This document shows positions 12,200 through 27,900 of a stretch of DNA of 64,000 nt, piece after piece. Position 1 is the stretch's first letter. Every line of letters begins with the position of its first letter. Below the pieces are notes generated by a model that was not told the origin of the DNA, did not search any database, and saw nothing but the letters and a program-made list of their open reading frames with translations. Source of the stretch: Eledone cirrhosa (Eukaryota); the NCBI GenBank assembly GCA_964016885.1, contig OZ024742.1, positions 128,216,001 through 128,280,000 on the forward strand, read 5' to 3'. Made by a program: the position numbers and the translations under genes.

Positions 12200-13721
12200 T
12201 GCATATAATGGTTTCTGATTTAGGCACAAGGCCAACAACAATTTTGGGGGAGAGGAAAAACGATTAAATCGTCCCCAGTGCATTACTGGTGCTTTATGTT
12301 ATTGACCCTGAAAGGATGAAAGGCAACGCTAACTTTGGCGAGATTTAAACCCAGAAGGTAAAGGGCCATAACTATATGCTGCAAAGCATGTTGTCCGACG
12401 CTCTACCGATACTGCCAATCTACTGCCCATTAGAACATATAATAGACTTACGAGCATTTTGCTGGACTAACCAGGAATGAAATAAAGTTCAACTCACCAG
12501 AGACTAATTAAATTAAAATAATTTCCCTGAAATGTTTTAATATGCTAGTGGAAGAAATGTTCTGACTTAGTAAGTTGTATGGAAGATGGCTTATATTTAG
12601 ATGATACTCTAGATACCTTTAGAGATTTTACTAATTCTGAGCTTGAGCCAGTTAGAAAACACTTATAAAAAACTATAACTTAAGTATATATATATATTTA
12701 TATATATATATATGGACATTACACACACAATGGACTTTACACACACACACAAAACGCACATACACAGTATATACATTGAAACTTACATTTCACACTAACA
12801 AATCCACTACCACATACCATACGGATATACGCATACACACAAGTTTAAACTTAGACATACACTCACACATAATATTGACACTAATACACTCATACTTCAC
12901 TTTGCGTTCTAACTCATTGCCAAAACTACCTAACTGTTTGTCTTATTTACACTCATTATTTACGATTTTTTTCTTTACTTGAACCTCCTTTATTTCTCTT
13001 TCTCCTTTGTGATCCTGTCTTTATTTTGTACTCCTGCAGAAGGGCTTAAGTTCGACAAATTGAACTTTTTTTCCCTTTGTCCATATAAAGTGTGAAACTA
13101 ATAAGACTTTTTGTACCTCTGTTGTCTCCTTGAACTATATATTCATATATATATACATACATACATACATACACACATGCACACACACATATATATATAT
13201 ATATATATAATTACCAATAGATAATTGTTTCTGCTTTTGGCACAAGGTCAGCAATTATCCCAGTGCATTACTAGTACTTTATTTTATCAACCCCGTAAGG
13301 ATGAAAGGCAAAGTTAACTTCGGCGGGATTTGAACTCAGACCGTAAAGGGACGTAACTATGCTGGAAAGCATGGCGTCCGATCTTCTACCGAGATAATGA
13401 CCAATAGATAGTTGCCTTTATATGCTCCTTTTGCTGATACTATAAGGCTGTTTATTCTATTAGTCGCATGTTTTATATCAAAGTGACCTTCTCCTAGAGA
13501 GATGTCTTAATGAAGTATAGGAGTCTCTCATTCCACAACTCCCCTCCCCCCAACATTTTATTGGATGGCTGTTGACTCTCCTGCCTTTTGACGGGTTTTG
13601 TTTTTCATCCTGCAGGATGTCCAGAATCACCCCCTCACCAAACATGCTTGGTGGGGTTGCCAGTTTAGTTGCTGATAACCTGACCATGTACAATTTGTAC
13701 TGGGTTACATGTTACCAGTAA

Positions 13722-13753
<32 letters not shown>

Positions 13754-13969
13754 ACATATATATATATGTATATACCACAGCTTTTCCCCTCTTTTGAAGC
13801 TAAATTAAGCTGGAATCTTTTTCCTTCTTAAACATGAAGTTTATTCAACTATTATCAATTTTGCTTCTATTTATCATTAATTTATCAATAACCAAGACTC
13901 TAGTGGTTTTCCAAAACCCTGTCACTATGTCCCAGCCACATGGTCCTCTTTACTGTAAGGTAACCGAAT

Positions 13970-14330
13970 TAAGTGCTACTACACTTTATGTTGGCATACT
14001 GAAAGGCATAACAAGTGAAATTTTGGAGGTGCTTGAGAGGGTACTTTTCCCACCTGTCAATATATGTTCATTGGGACATTTCACATGTCCAGCTAATGCA
14101 AGCCTCCTATGCCTTATGATATTAGAAAGGTGAGGGTGTGGACCATAGAGCGATTCTTTTGCTACATATGTTTTCCAGGATATGTTCTGGACTTTTCTCA
14201 GCATCTGGGTGAATGTGCCATTAATCCTCTTTGTGAATATTTTTGTTAGTGTCTATAACTCACATCCGTACAAGAGAATGGACTCAACTGTTGCTTTGAA
14301 TAACTTTACTTTTGTTGTTTACATGATTAG
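13970..14330 (-). mobile_element. RTE-like fragment of a second family; related piece at about 14850-15200
   Basis: ATVESILLYGC and MLRKVQNISWK...IRHRRLALAGH motifs. Confidence 0.65.
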
Positions 14331-15370
14331 GGATGTTCCACACCTTGATAGAGAGTTGAGAGGCCCCCCCCCCCCATGCCTTGACTATCCTGGTGTCCAC
14401 ACCGTGTGCTTACTGGAGAAATATATAATAATAATGATAATCAAAATCCTAACCATTTTGGCCGCCTCAACATTTTAGGGTAGCTGTGGGCTCTAAAGAT
14501 TGCAGGGAAAGCAGCACAGCAAGGAGAGCAACATCTCTACAGAAATAGAATTTACAGAATAGACACAAATTTGTATTCTGCAAGAAAGGCAACCCATCTA
14601 GGAAAACAGTCACTCTGAATAAAAACTGATACAGAGTAAAGAGGACTCTTAAGTCCTGACAGGAAACCTCTCTCTAGTGCTGGTGGCATGATAAAATGCA
14701 CCGAGTCCATGCTGTAAAGTGGTTGGTGATAGGATGAAAGGCAAAGTTGATCTCAGTGGGATTTGAATTCAGAGCATAGAAAGCTGATATTAGTACCATG
14801 AAGCATTTATTCTAATGTTCTATACTATCATATCTATTGCCCTTAGGTGAGACAGCAAGCATCACTTCACAGTAACAGTCACTGTTTCCCATCAAGGTTT
14901 GTAGGTCTTCCTTGTCAATTCCAGTGATTCTTGCTCTGGTATCCTGGTATCTGATCTTTCTAATAGAGATCTCCCACAACAAGAGGTCTGAAACCATCTC
15001 ATCTATTGCATGGGAGCAGTGACCAGCAAACTTATACAACATTCAATCAGTTCAATTAGACAAGCACGAACTACAGCACCACTGTTCAAGCCTGTGCAAT
15101 TAAGGATACAAAACAATTTCAGGGTTCTCCAACAGAACTATATGAAAGGTCAACTCTAAACTCAGCTGAGTGAGCTGATCTTGATGGTGAATGCCTGGTG
15201 TCAATATTTAAGCCTAAGTTACATTAAAGATACCACAGTAAGTGATCTCAACATTCTAACAACTCTGCTGTTTTGTTTATTGCTTAGCCATTTGCAGGTT
15301 AATGTGAATGTATAACAAACCATCAAACAATAAAAAACAAAAGTAATATCGCTTTTAATCGTTAACTTAC

Positions 15371-15583
15371 ATGATTCACTTCCAATTTGGTACAATGATA
15401 AATGATTTGTTTCACACTGCACAAAGGAGCCACTTTCATTTACTTTCGCTGCACCTAACACCTTCCATGTAGACTGGTCAAAGTCCCATGTGAAGCATTT
15501 ATATTTTTTACTTGTGGATATTGTATCAAGTTTTATTTCAATCGTTATTGGATTAGCCAGGCTCGAAACTTTCTCCAAGAATC
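15371..15583 (-). CDS. Exon encoding the GPS motif of the GAIN domain
   Basis: gaaaag|GA...TCAT|gtaagt, 213 nt, phase 1 to 1. Translates FLEKVSSLANPITIEIKL...KCFTWDFDQSTWKVLGAAKVNESGSFVQCETNHLSLYQIGSES, with the C-x-x-W...W...C-x-x-x-HLS GPS signature. Confidence 0.92.
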
Positions 15584-15937
15584 CTTTTCATTGAAATAAA
15601 TGAAAAGAAAAGTAAAAAAAAAAAAATGGGAAATAATGTTTACATATGTGAATAATAAAATAGTCTTATAAGAAATAAACATATAACTGATACTAGGACA
15701 GGAAAGAAAAAAAGGTAAATGCCCTAGTCTCTTGATGGTAGAGACATTGTCCTGACACTGTGTGTTGACTATTTTATACCTGGTGGAGCTCATCCTCCTC
15801 TGGGCTGGAGTACAGCTGATTTGTTGAGAGAGACGAGAGAGAGTCCAATCCAAGTAAAAGATTGGTATTTATTTATCAACCTCAAAAGGATCAAGGAACA
15901 TTTACAAGTGCTTACTGTCTTTCTTTTTAAATCATGA

Positions 15938-18900
15938 ACCAGTTTCTATAGTGTTCTATATCTGATAGTAGTGTAGGATATAACAGTTTTTATAGATCTA
16001 TGATAGTGGTGTAGGATATAACAGTTTCTATAGTGTTCTATATCTCATAGTAGTGTAGGATATAACAGTTTCTATGGAGTTCTGATAGTGGTGTAGGATA
16101 TAACAGTTTCTATAGAGTTCTGATAGTGGTGTAGGATATAACAGTTTCTATAGTGTTCTGATAGTAGTGTAGGATACAACAGTTTCTATAGTGTTGTATA
16201 TCTGGTAGTGGTGTAGGATATAACAGTTTCTATAGAGTTCTATATCTGATAGTGGTGTAGGATATAACAGTTTCTGTAGTATTCTGATAGTAGTGTAGGA
16301 TACAACAGTTTCTATAGTGTTGTATATCTGGTAGTGGTGTAGGATATAACAGTTTCTATAGAGTTCTATATCTGATAGTGGTGTAGGATATAACAGTTTC
16401 TGTAGTGTTCTATATCTGATAGTAGTGTAGGGTATAACAGTTTCTGTAGTGTTCTGATAGTAGTGTAGGTTACAACAGTTTCTATAGTGTTGTATATCTG
16501 GTAGTGGTGTAGGATATAACAGTTTCTGTAGTGTTCTATATCTGATAGTGGTGTAGGATATAACAGTTTCTGTAGTGTTCTATATCTGATAGTGGTGTAG
16601 GATATAACAGTTTCTGTAGTGTTCTATATCTGATAGCAGTGTAGGATATAACAGTTTCTATAGTGTTCTATATCTGATAGTGGTGTAGGATATAACAGTT
16701 TCTATAGTGTTCTGATAGTAGTGTAGGATATAACAGTTTCTATAGTGTTCTGATAGTGATGTAGGATATAACAGTTTCTATAGTGTTCTATATCTTATAG
16801 TAGTGTAGGATATAACAGTTTCTATAGAGTTCTAATAGTGGTGTAAGATATAACAGTTTCTACAGTGTTATATATCTCATAGTAGTGTAGGATATAACAG
16901 TTTCTATAGTGTTCTATATCTGAGAGTGGTGTAGGATATAACAGTTTCTGTAGTGTTCTATATCTGATAGAGGTGTAGGATATAACAGTTTCTATAGTGT
17001 TCTATATCTGATAGTAGTGTAGGATATAACAGTTTCTGTAGTGTTCTGATAGTAGTGTAAGCTTAACAGTTTTTATAGTGTTCTATATCAGAAAGTGGTG
17101 TAGGATATAACAGTTTCTATAGTGTTCTATATCTGATACTAGTGTAGGTTATAACAGTTTCTATAGTGTTCTATATCAAATAGTGGTGTAGGATATAACA
17201 GTTTCTATAGTGTTCTATATCAAATAGTGGTGTAGGGTATAACAGTTTCTCTAGTGTTCTATATCTGGTAGCAGTGTCGGATATAACAGTTTCTGTAGTT
17301 TTCTATATCTTATAGTAGTGTAGGAAATAACAGTTTCTATAGTGTTCTGATAGTGGTGTAGGATATAACAGTTTCTATAGTGTTCTGATAGTAGTGTAGG
17401 ATACAACAGTTTCTATAGTGTTGTATATCTGGTAGTGGTGTAGGATATAACAGTTTCTATAGAGTTCTATATCTGATAGTGGTGTAGGATATAACAGTTT
17501 CTGTAGTATTCTGATAGTAGTGTAGGATACAACAGTTTCTATAGTGTTGTATATCTGGTAGTGGTGTAGGATATAACAGTTTCTATAGAGTTCTATATCT
17601 GATAGTGGTGTAGGATATAACAGTTTCTGTAGTGTTCTATATCTGATAGTAGTGTAGGGTATAACAGTTTCTGTAGTGTTCTGATAGTAGTGTAGGTTAC
17701 AACAGTTTCTATAGTGTTGTATATCTGGTAGTGGTGTAGGATATAACAGTTTCTGTAGTGTTCTATATCTGATAGTGGTGTAGGATATAACAGTTTCTGT
17801 AGTGTTCTATATCTGATAGTGGTGTAGGATATAACAGTTTCTGTAGTGTTCTATATCTGATAGCAGTGTAGGATATAACAGTTTCTATAGTGTTCTATAT
17901 CTGATAGTGGTGTAGGATATAACAGTTTCTATAGTGTTCTGATAGTAGTGTAGGATATAACAGTTTCTATAGTGTTCTGATAGTGATGTAGGATATAACA
18001 GTTTCTATAGTGTTCTATATCTTATAGTAGTGTAGGATATAACAGTTTCTATAGAGTTCTAATAGTGGTGTAAGATATAACAGTTTCTACAGTGTTATAT
18101 ATCTCATAGTAGTGTAGGATATAACAGTTTCTATAGTGTTCTATATCTGAGAGTGGTGTAGGATATAACAGTTTCTGTAGTGTTCTATATCTGATAGAGG
18201 TGTAGGATATAACAGTTTCTATAGTGTTCTATATCTGATAGTAGTGTAGGATATAACAGTTTCTGTAGTGTTCTGATAGTAGTGTAAGCTTAACAGTTTT
18301 TATAGTGTTCTATATCAGAAAGTGGTGTAGGATATAACAGTTTCTATAGTGTTCTATATCTGATACTAGTGTAGGTTATAACAGTTTCTATAGTGTTCTA
18401 TATCAAATAGTGGTGTAGGATATAACAGTTTCTATAGTGTTCTATATCAAATAGTGGTGTAGGGTATAACAGTTTCTCTAGTGTTCTATATCTGGTAGCA
18501 GTGTCGGATATAACAGTTTCTGTAGTTTTCTATATCTTATAGTAGTGTAGGAAATAACAGTTTCTATAGTGTTCTGATAGTGGTGTAGGATATAACAGTT
18601 TCTATAGTGTTCTGATAGTAGTGTAGGATATAACAGTTTCTATACTGTTTTGATAGTAGTGTCGGATATAACAGTTGCTATAGTGTTCTATAACTGATAG
18701 TGGTGTAAGATATAACAGTTTCTATAGTGTTCTGATAGTGGTATAAGATATAACAGTTTCTATAGTGTTCTATATCTGATATTAGTGAAGGATATAACAG
18801 TTTCTATAGTGTTCTATATCTGATAGTAGTGTATGATATAACAGTTTCTATAGTCTTCTAATACTGGTGTAAGATATAACAGTTTCTACAGTGTTCTATA

Positions 18901-21900
18901 TCTGATAGTAGTGTAGGGCATAACAGGTTCTAAAGTGTTCTGATAGTGGTGTAGGATATAACAGTTTCTATAGTGTTCTATATCAAATAGTGGTGTAGGG
19001 TATAACAGTTTCTATAGTGTTCTATATCTCATAGTAGTGTAATATATAACAGTTTCTGTAGTATTCTATATCTGATAGTAATGTAGGGTATAACAGTTTC
19101 TATAGTGTTCTATATCTAGATAGTAGTGTAGGATATAACAGTTTCTGTAGTGTTCTGATAGTGGTGTAAGAAATAACAGATTCTATAGCGTTCTATATCT
19201 GATAGTAGTGTAGGATATAACAGTTTTTATAGAGCTATGATAGTGGTGTAGGATATAACAGTTTCTATAGTGTTCTATATCTCATAGTAGTGTAGGATAT
19301 AACAATTTCTATGGAGTTCTGATAGTGGTGTAGGATATAACAGTTTCTATAGAGTTCTGATAGTGGTGAAAGATATAACAGTTTCTATAGTGTTCTATAT
19401 CTGATACTAGTGTAGGTTATAACAGTTTCTATAGTGTTCTATATCAAATAGTGGTGTAGGATATAACAGTTTCTATAGTGTTCTATATCAAATAGTGGTG
19501 TAGGGTATAACAGTTTCTCTAGTGTTCTATATCTGGTAGCCATGTCGGATATAACAGTTTCTGTAGTTTTCTATATCTTATAGTAGTGTAGGAAATAACA
19601 GTTTCTATAGTGTTCTGATAGTGGTGTAGGATATAACAGTTTCTATAGTGTTCTGATAGTAGTGTAGGATATAACAGTTTCTATACTGTTTTGATAGTAG
19701 TGTCGGATATAACAGTTGCTATAGTGTTCTATAACTGATAGTGGTGTAAGATATAACAGTTTCTATAGTGTTCTGATAGTGGTATAAGATATAACAGTTT
19801 CTATAGTGTTCTATATCTGATATTAGTGAAGGATATAACAGTTTCTATAGTGTTCTATATCTGATAGTAGTGTATGATATAACAGTTTCTATAGTCTTCT
19901 AATACTGGTGTAAGATATAACAGTTTCTACAGTGTTCTATATCTGATAGTAGTGTAGGGCATAACAGGTTCTAAAGTGTTCTGATAGTGGTGTAGGATAT
20001 AACAGTTTCTATAGTGTTCTATATCAAATAGTGGTGTAGGGTATAACAGTTTCTATAGTGTTCTATATCTCATAGTAGTGTAATATATAACAGTTTCTGT
20101 AGTATTCTATATCTGATAGTAATGTAGGGTATAACAGTTTCTATAGTGTTCTATATCTAGATAGTAGTGTAGGATATAACAGTTTCTGTAGTGTTCTGAT
20201 AGTGGTGTAAGAAATAACAGATTCTATAGCGTTCTATATCTGATAGTAGTGTAGGATATAACAGTTTTTATAGAGCTATGATAGTGGTGTAGGATATAAC
20301 AGTTTCTATAGTGTTCTATATCTCATAGTAGTGTAGGATATAACAATTTCTATGGAGTTCTGATAGTGGTGTAGGATATAACAGTTTCTATAGAGTTCTG
20401 ATAGTGGTGAAAGATATAACAGTTTCTATAGTGTTCTAATAGTGGTGTAGGATATAACAGTTTCTATAGTGTTCTGATAGTAGTGTAGGATACAACAGTT
20501 TCTATAGTGTTGTATATCTGGTAGTGGTGTAGGATATAACAGTTTCTATAGAGTTCTATATCTTATAGTGGTGAAGGATATAACAGTTTCTGTAGTGTTC
20601 TATATCTGATAGAGATGTAGGATATAACAGTTTCTATAGTGTTCTATATCTGATAGTGGTGTAGGATATAACAGTTTCTATAGTGTTCTATATCATATAG
20701 TGGTGTAGGATATAACAGCTTCTATAGTGTTCTATATCTGATAGTGGTGTAGGATATAACAGTTTTGTAGTGTTCTGATAGTAGTATAGGATATAACAGT
20801 TTCTATAGTGTTCTGATAGTGGTGTAGGATATAACAGTTTCTATAGTGTTCTATATCTAATAGTGGTGTAGGATATACTAGTTTCTGTAGTGTTCTGATA
20901 GTAGTGTAGGATATAACAGTTTCTGTAGTGTTCTGATAGTAGTGAAAGCTTAACAATTTCTATAGTGTTCTATATCTGATAGTGGTGTAGGATATAACAG
21001 TTTCTATAGTGTTCTATATCAAATAGTGGTGTAGTGTATAACAGTTTCTATAGTGTTCTATATCAAATAGTGGTGTAGGGTATGACAGTTTCTGTAGTGT
21101 TCTATATCTGAGAGTGGTGTAGGATATAACAGTTTCTCTAGTGTTCTATATCTGATAGCAGTGTCGGATATAACAGTTTCTATAGTGTTCTATATCTGAG
21201 AGTGGTGTAGGATATAACAGTTTCTATAGTGTTCTATATCAAATAGTGGTGTAGGATATAACAGTTTCTCTAGTGTTCTATATCTGATAGCAGTGTCGGA
21301 TATAACAGTTTCTATAGTGTTCTATATCTGATAGCAGTGTCGGATATAACAGTTTCTCTAGTGTTCTATATCTTATAGTAGTGTAGGAAATAACAGTTTC
21401 TATAGTGTTCTGATAGTGATGTAGGATATAACAGTTTCTATAGTGTTCTATATCTTATAGTAGTGTAGGATATAACAGTTTCTATAGAGTTCTAATAGTG
21501 GTGTAAGATATAACAGTTTCTACAGTGTTATATATCTCATAGTAGTGTAGGATATAACAGTTTCTATAGTGTTCTATATCTGATAGTAGTGTAGGTTACA
21601 ACAGTTTCTATAGTGTTGTATATCTGGTAGTGGTGTAGGATATAACAGTTTCTGTAGTGTTCTATATCTGATAGTGGTGTAGGATATAACAGTTTCTATA
21701 GTGTTCTATATCTGATAGTGGTGTAGGATATAACAGTTTCTATAGTGTTCTGATAGTAGTGTAGGATATAACAGTTTCTATAGTGTTCTGATAGTGATGT
21801 AGGATATAACAGTTTCTATAGTGTTCTATATCTTATAGTAGTGTATGATATAACAGTTTCTATAGTCTTATAATACTGGTGTAAGATATAACAGTTTCTA

Positions 21901-24900
21901 CAGTGTTCTATATCTGATAGTAGTGTAGGGCATAACATGTTCTAAAGTGTTCTGATAGTGGTGTAGGATATAACAGTTTCTATAGTGTTCTATATCAAAT
22001 AGTGGTGTAGGGTATAACAGTTTCTATAGTGTTCTATATCTCATAGTAGTGTAATATATAACAGTTTCTGTAGTATTCTATATCTGATAGTAATGTAGGG
22101 TATAACAGTTTCTATAGTGTTCTATATCTAGATAGTAGTGTAGGATATAACAGTTTCTGTAGTGTTCTGATAGTGGTGTAAGAAATAACAGATTCTATAG
22201 CGTTCTATATCTGATAGTAGTGTAGGATATAACAGTTTTTATAGAGCTATGATAGTGGTGTAGGATATAACAGTTTCTATAGTGTTCTATATCTCATAGT
22301 AGTGTAGGATATAACAATTTCTATGGAGTTCTGATAGTGGTGTAGGATATAACAGTTTCTATAGAGTTCTGATAGCGGTGAAAGATATAACAGTTTCTAT
22401 AGTGTTCTGATAGTAGTGTAGGATATAACAGTTTCTATAGTGTTCTGATAGTGATGTAGGATATAACAGTTTCTATAGTGTTCTATATCTTATAGTAGTG
22501 TAGGATATAACAGTTTCTATAGAGTTCTAATAGTGGTGTAAGATATAACAGTTTCTACAGTGTTATATATCTCATAGTAGTGTAGGATATAACAGTTTCT
22601 ATAGTGTTCTATATCTGAGAGTGGTGTAGGATATAACAGTTTCTGTAGTGTTCTATATCTGATAGAGGTGTAGGATATAACAGTTTCTATAGTGTTCTAT
22701 ATCTGATAGTAGTGTAGGATATAACAGTTTCTGTAGTGTTCTGATAGTAGTGTAAGCTTAACAGTTTTTATAGTGTTCTATATCAGAAAGTGGTGTAGGA
22801 TATAACAGTTTCTATAGTGTTCTATATCTGATACTAGTGTAGGTTATAACAGTTTCTATAGTGTTCTATATCAAATAGTGGTGTAGGATATAACAGTTTC
22901 TATAGTGTTCTATATCAAATAGTGGTGTAGGGTATAACAGTTTCTCTAGTGTTCTATATCTGGTAGCAGTGTCGGATATAACAGTTTCTGTAGTTTTCTA
23001 TATCTTATAGTAGTGTAGGAAATAACAGTTTCTATAGTGTTCTGATAGTGGTGTAGCATATAACAGTTTCTATAGTGTTCTGATAGTAGTGTAGGATATA
23101 ACAGTTTCTATATGTTTTGATAGTAGTGTCGGATATAACAGTTTCTATAGTGTTCTATATCTGATAGTAGTGTAGGTTACAACAGTTTCTATAGTGTTGT
23201 ATATCTGGTAGTGGTGTAGGATATAACAGTTTCTGTAGTGTTCTATATCTGATAGTGGTGTAGGATATAACAGTTTCTATAGTGTTCTATATCTGATAGT
23301 GGTGTAGGATATAACAGTTTCTATAGTGTTCTGATAGTAGTGTAGGATATAACAGTTTCTATAGTGTTCTGATAGTGATGTAGGATATAACAGTTTCTAT
23401 AGTGTTCTATATCTTATAGTAGTGTATGATATAACAGTTTCTATAGTCTTATAATACTGGTGTAAGATATAACAGTTTCTACAGTGTTCTATATCTGATA
23501 GTAGTGTAGGGCATAACATGTTCTAAAGTGTTCTGATAGTGGTGTAGGATATAACAGTTTCTATAGTGTTCTATATCAAATAGTGGTGTAGGGTATAACA
23601 GTTTCTATAGTGTTCTATATCTCATAGTAGTGTAATATATAACAGTTTCTGTAGTATTCTATATCTGATAGTAATGTAGGGTATAACAGTTTCTATAGTG
23701 TTCTATATCTAGATAGTAGTGTAGGATATAACAGTTTCTGTAGTGTTCTGATAGTGGTGTAAGAAATAACAGATTCTATAGCGTTCTATATCTGATAGTA
23801 GTGTAGGATATAACAGTTTTTATAGAGCTATGATAGTGGTGTAGGATATAACAGTTTCTATAGTGTTCTATATCTCATAGTAGTGTAGGATATAACAATT
23901 TCTATGGAGTTCTGATAGTGGTGTAGGATATAACAGTTTCTATAGAGTTCTGATAGCGGTGAAAGATATAACAGTTTCTATAGTGTTCTGATAGTAGTGT
24001 AGGATATAACAGTTTCTATAGTGTTCTGATAGTGATGTAGGATATAACAGTTTCTATAGTGTTCTATATCTTATAGTAGTGTAGGATACAACAGTTTCTA
24101 TAGAGTTCTAATAGTGGTGTAAGATATAACAGTTTCTACAGTGTTATATATCTCATAGTAGTGTAGGATATAACAGTTTCTATAGTGTTCTATATCTGAG
24201 AGTGGTGTAGGATATAACAGTTTCTGTAGTGTTCTATATCTGATAGAGGTGTAGGATATAACAGTTTCTATAGTGTTCTATATCTGATAGTAGTGTAGGA
24301 TATAACAGTTTCTGTAGTGTTCTGATAGTAGTGTAAGCTTAACAGTTTTTATAGTGTTCTATATCTGAGAGTGGTGTAGGATATAACAGTTTCTATAGTG
24401 TTCTATATCTGATAGTAGTGTAGGTTATAACAGTTTCTATAGTGTTCTATATCAAATAGTGGTGTAGGATATAACAGTTTCTATAGTGTTCTATATCAAA
24501 TAGTGGTGTAGGGTATAACAGTTTCTCTAGTGTTCTATATCTGGTAGCAGTGTCGGATATAACAGTTTCTGTAGTTTTCTATATCTTATAGTAGTGTAGG
24601 AAATAACAGTTTCTATAGTGTTCTGATAGTGGTGTAGCATATAACAGTTTCTATAGTGTTCTGATAGTAGTGTAGGATATAACAGTTTCTATATGTTTTG
24701 ATAGTAGTGTCGGATATAACAGTTGCTATAGTGTTCTATAACTGATAGTGGTGTAAGACATAACATTTTCTATAGTGTTCTGATAGTGGTATAAGATATA
24801 ACAGTTTCTATAGTGTTCTATATCTCATAGTAGTGTAGGATATAACAATTTCTATGGAGTTCTGATAGTGGTGTAGGATATAACAGTTTCTATAGAGTTC

Positions 24901-27900
24901 TGATAGCGGTGAAAGATATAACAGTTTCTATAGTGTTCTGATAGTAGTGTAGGATATAACAGTTTCTATAGTGTTCTGATAGTGATGTAGGATATAACAG
25001 TTTCTATAGTGTTCTATATCTTATAGTAGTGTAGGATATAACAGTTTCTATAGAGTTCTAATAGTGGTGTAAGATATAACAGTTTCTACAGTGTTATATA
25101 TCTCATAGTAGTGTAGGATATAACAGTTTCTATAGTGTTCTATATCTGAGAGTGGTGTAGGATATAACAGTTTCTGTAGTGTTCTATATCTGATAGAGGT
25201 GTAGGATATAACAGTTTCTATAGTGTTCTATATCTGATAGTAGTGTAGGATATAACAGTTTCTGTAGTGTTCTGATAGTAGTGTAAGCTTAACAGTTTTT
25301 ATAGTGTTCTATATCAGAAAGTGGTGTAGGATATAACAGTTTCTATAGTGTTCTATATCTGATACTAGTGTAGGTTATAACAGTTTCTATAGTGTTCTAT
25401 ATCAAATAGTGGTGTAGGATATAACAGTTTCTATAGTGTTCTATATCAAATAGTGGTGTAGGGTATAACAGTTTCTCTAGTGTTCTATATCTGGTAGCAG
25501 TGTCGGATATAACAGTTTCTGTAGTTTTCTATATCTTATAGTAGTGTAGGAAATAACAGTTTCTATAGTGTTCTGATAGTGGTGTAGCATATAACAGTTT
25601 CTATAGTGTTCTGATAGTAGTGTAGGATATAACAGTTTCTATATGTTTTGATAGTAGTGTCGGATATAACAGTTTCTATAGTGTTCTATATCTGATAGTA
25701 GTGTAGGTTACAACAGTTTCTATAGTGTTGTATATCTGGTAGTGGTGTAGGATATAACAGTTTCTGTAGTGTTCTATATCTGATAGTGGTGTAGGATATA
25801 ACAGTTTCTATAGTGTTCTATATCTGATAGTGGTGTAGGATATAACAGTTTCTATAGTGTTCTGATAGTAGTGTAGGATATAACAGTTTCTATAGTGTTC
25901 TGATAGTGATGTAGGATATAACAGTTTCTATAGTGTTCTATATCTTATAGTAGTGTATGATATAACAGTTTCTATAGTCTTATAATACTGGTGTAAGATA
26001 TAACAGTTTCTACAGTGTTCTATATCTGATAGTAGTGTAGGGCATAACATGTTCTAAAGTGTTCTGATAGTGGTGTAGGATATAACAGTTTCTATAGTGT
26101 TCTATATCAAATAGTGGTGTAGGGTATAACAGTTTCTATAGTGTTCTATATCTCATAGTAGTGTAATATATAACAGTTTCTGTAGTATTCTATATCTGAT
26201 AGTAATGTAGGGTATAACAGTTTCTATAGTGTTCTATATCTAGATAGTAGTGTAGGATATAACAGTTTCTGTAGTGTTCTGATAGTGGTGTAAGAAATAA
26301 CAGATTCTATAGCGTTCTATATCTGATAGTAGTGTAGGATATAACAGTTTTTATAGAGCTATGATAGTGGTGTAGGATATAACAGTTTCTATAGTGTTCT
26401 ATATCTCATAGTAGTGTAGGATATAACAATTTCTATGGAGTTCTGATAGTGGTGTAGGATATAACAGTTTCTATAGAGTTCTGATAGCGGTGAAAGATAT
26501 AACAGTTTCTATAGTGTTCTGATAGTAGTGTAGGATATAACAGTTTCTATAGTGTTCTGATAGTGATGTAGGATATAACAGTTTCTATAGTGTTCTATAT
26601 CTTATAGTAGTGTAGGATACAACAGTTTCTATAGAGTTCTAATAGTGGTGTAAGATATAACAGTTTCTACAGTGTTATATATCTCATAGTAGTGTAGGAT
26701 ATAACAGTTTCTATAGTGTTCTATATCTGAGAGTGGTGTAGGATATAACAGTTTCTGTAGTGTTCTATATCTGATAGAGGTGTAGGATATAACAGTTTCT
26801 ATAGTGTTCTATATCTGATAGTAGTGTAGGATATAACAGTTTCTGTAGTGTTCTGATAGTAGTGTAAGCTTAACAGTTTTTATAGTGTTCTATATCTGAG
26901 AGTGGTGTAGGATATAACAGTTTCTATAGTGTTCTATATCTGATAGTAGTGTAGGTTATAACAGTTTCTATAGTGTTCTATATCAAATAGTGGTGTAGGA
27001 TATAACAGTTTCTATAGTGTTCTATATCAAATAGTGGTGTAGGGTATAACAGTTTCTCTAGTGTTCTATATCTGGTAGCAGTGTCGGATATAACAGTTTC
27101 TGTAGTTTTCTATATCTTATAGTAGTGTAGGAAATAACAGTTTCTATAGTGTTCTGATAGTGGTGTAGCATATAACAGTTTCTATAGTGTTCTGATAGTA
27201 GTGTAGGATATAACAGTTTCTATATGTTTTGATAGTAGTGTCGGATATAACAGTTGCTATAGTGTTCTATAACTGATAGTGGTGTAAGACATAACATTTT
27301 CTATAGTGTTCTGATAGTGGTATAAGATATAACAGTTTCTATAGTGTTCTATATCTGATATTAGTGAAGGATATAACAGTTTCTATAGTGTTCTATATAT
27401 GATAGTAGTGTATGATATAACAGTTTCTATAGTCTTCTAATACTGGTGTAAGATATAACAGTTTCTACAGTGTTCTATATCTGATAGTAGTGTAGGGCAT
27501 AACATGTTCTAAAGTGTTCTGATAGTGGTGTAGGATATAACAGTTTCTATATTGTTCTATATCAAATAGTGGTGTAGGGTATAACAGTTTCTATAGTGTT
27601 CTAGATCTCATAGTAGTGTAATATATAACAGTTTCTGTAGTATTCTATATCTGATAGTAATGTAGGGTATAACAGTTTCTATAGTGTTCTATATCTAGAT
27701 AGTAGTGTAGGATATAACAGTTTCTGTAGTGTTCTGATAGTGGTGTAAGAAATAACAGATTCTATAGCGTTCTATATCTGATAGTAGTGTAGGATATAAC
27801 AGTTTTTATAGAGCTATAATAGTGGTGTAGGATATAACAGTTTCTATAGTGTTCTATATCTCATAGTAGTGTGGGATATAACAATTTCTATGGAGTTCTG

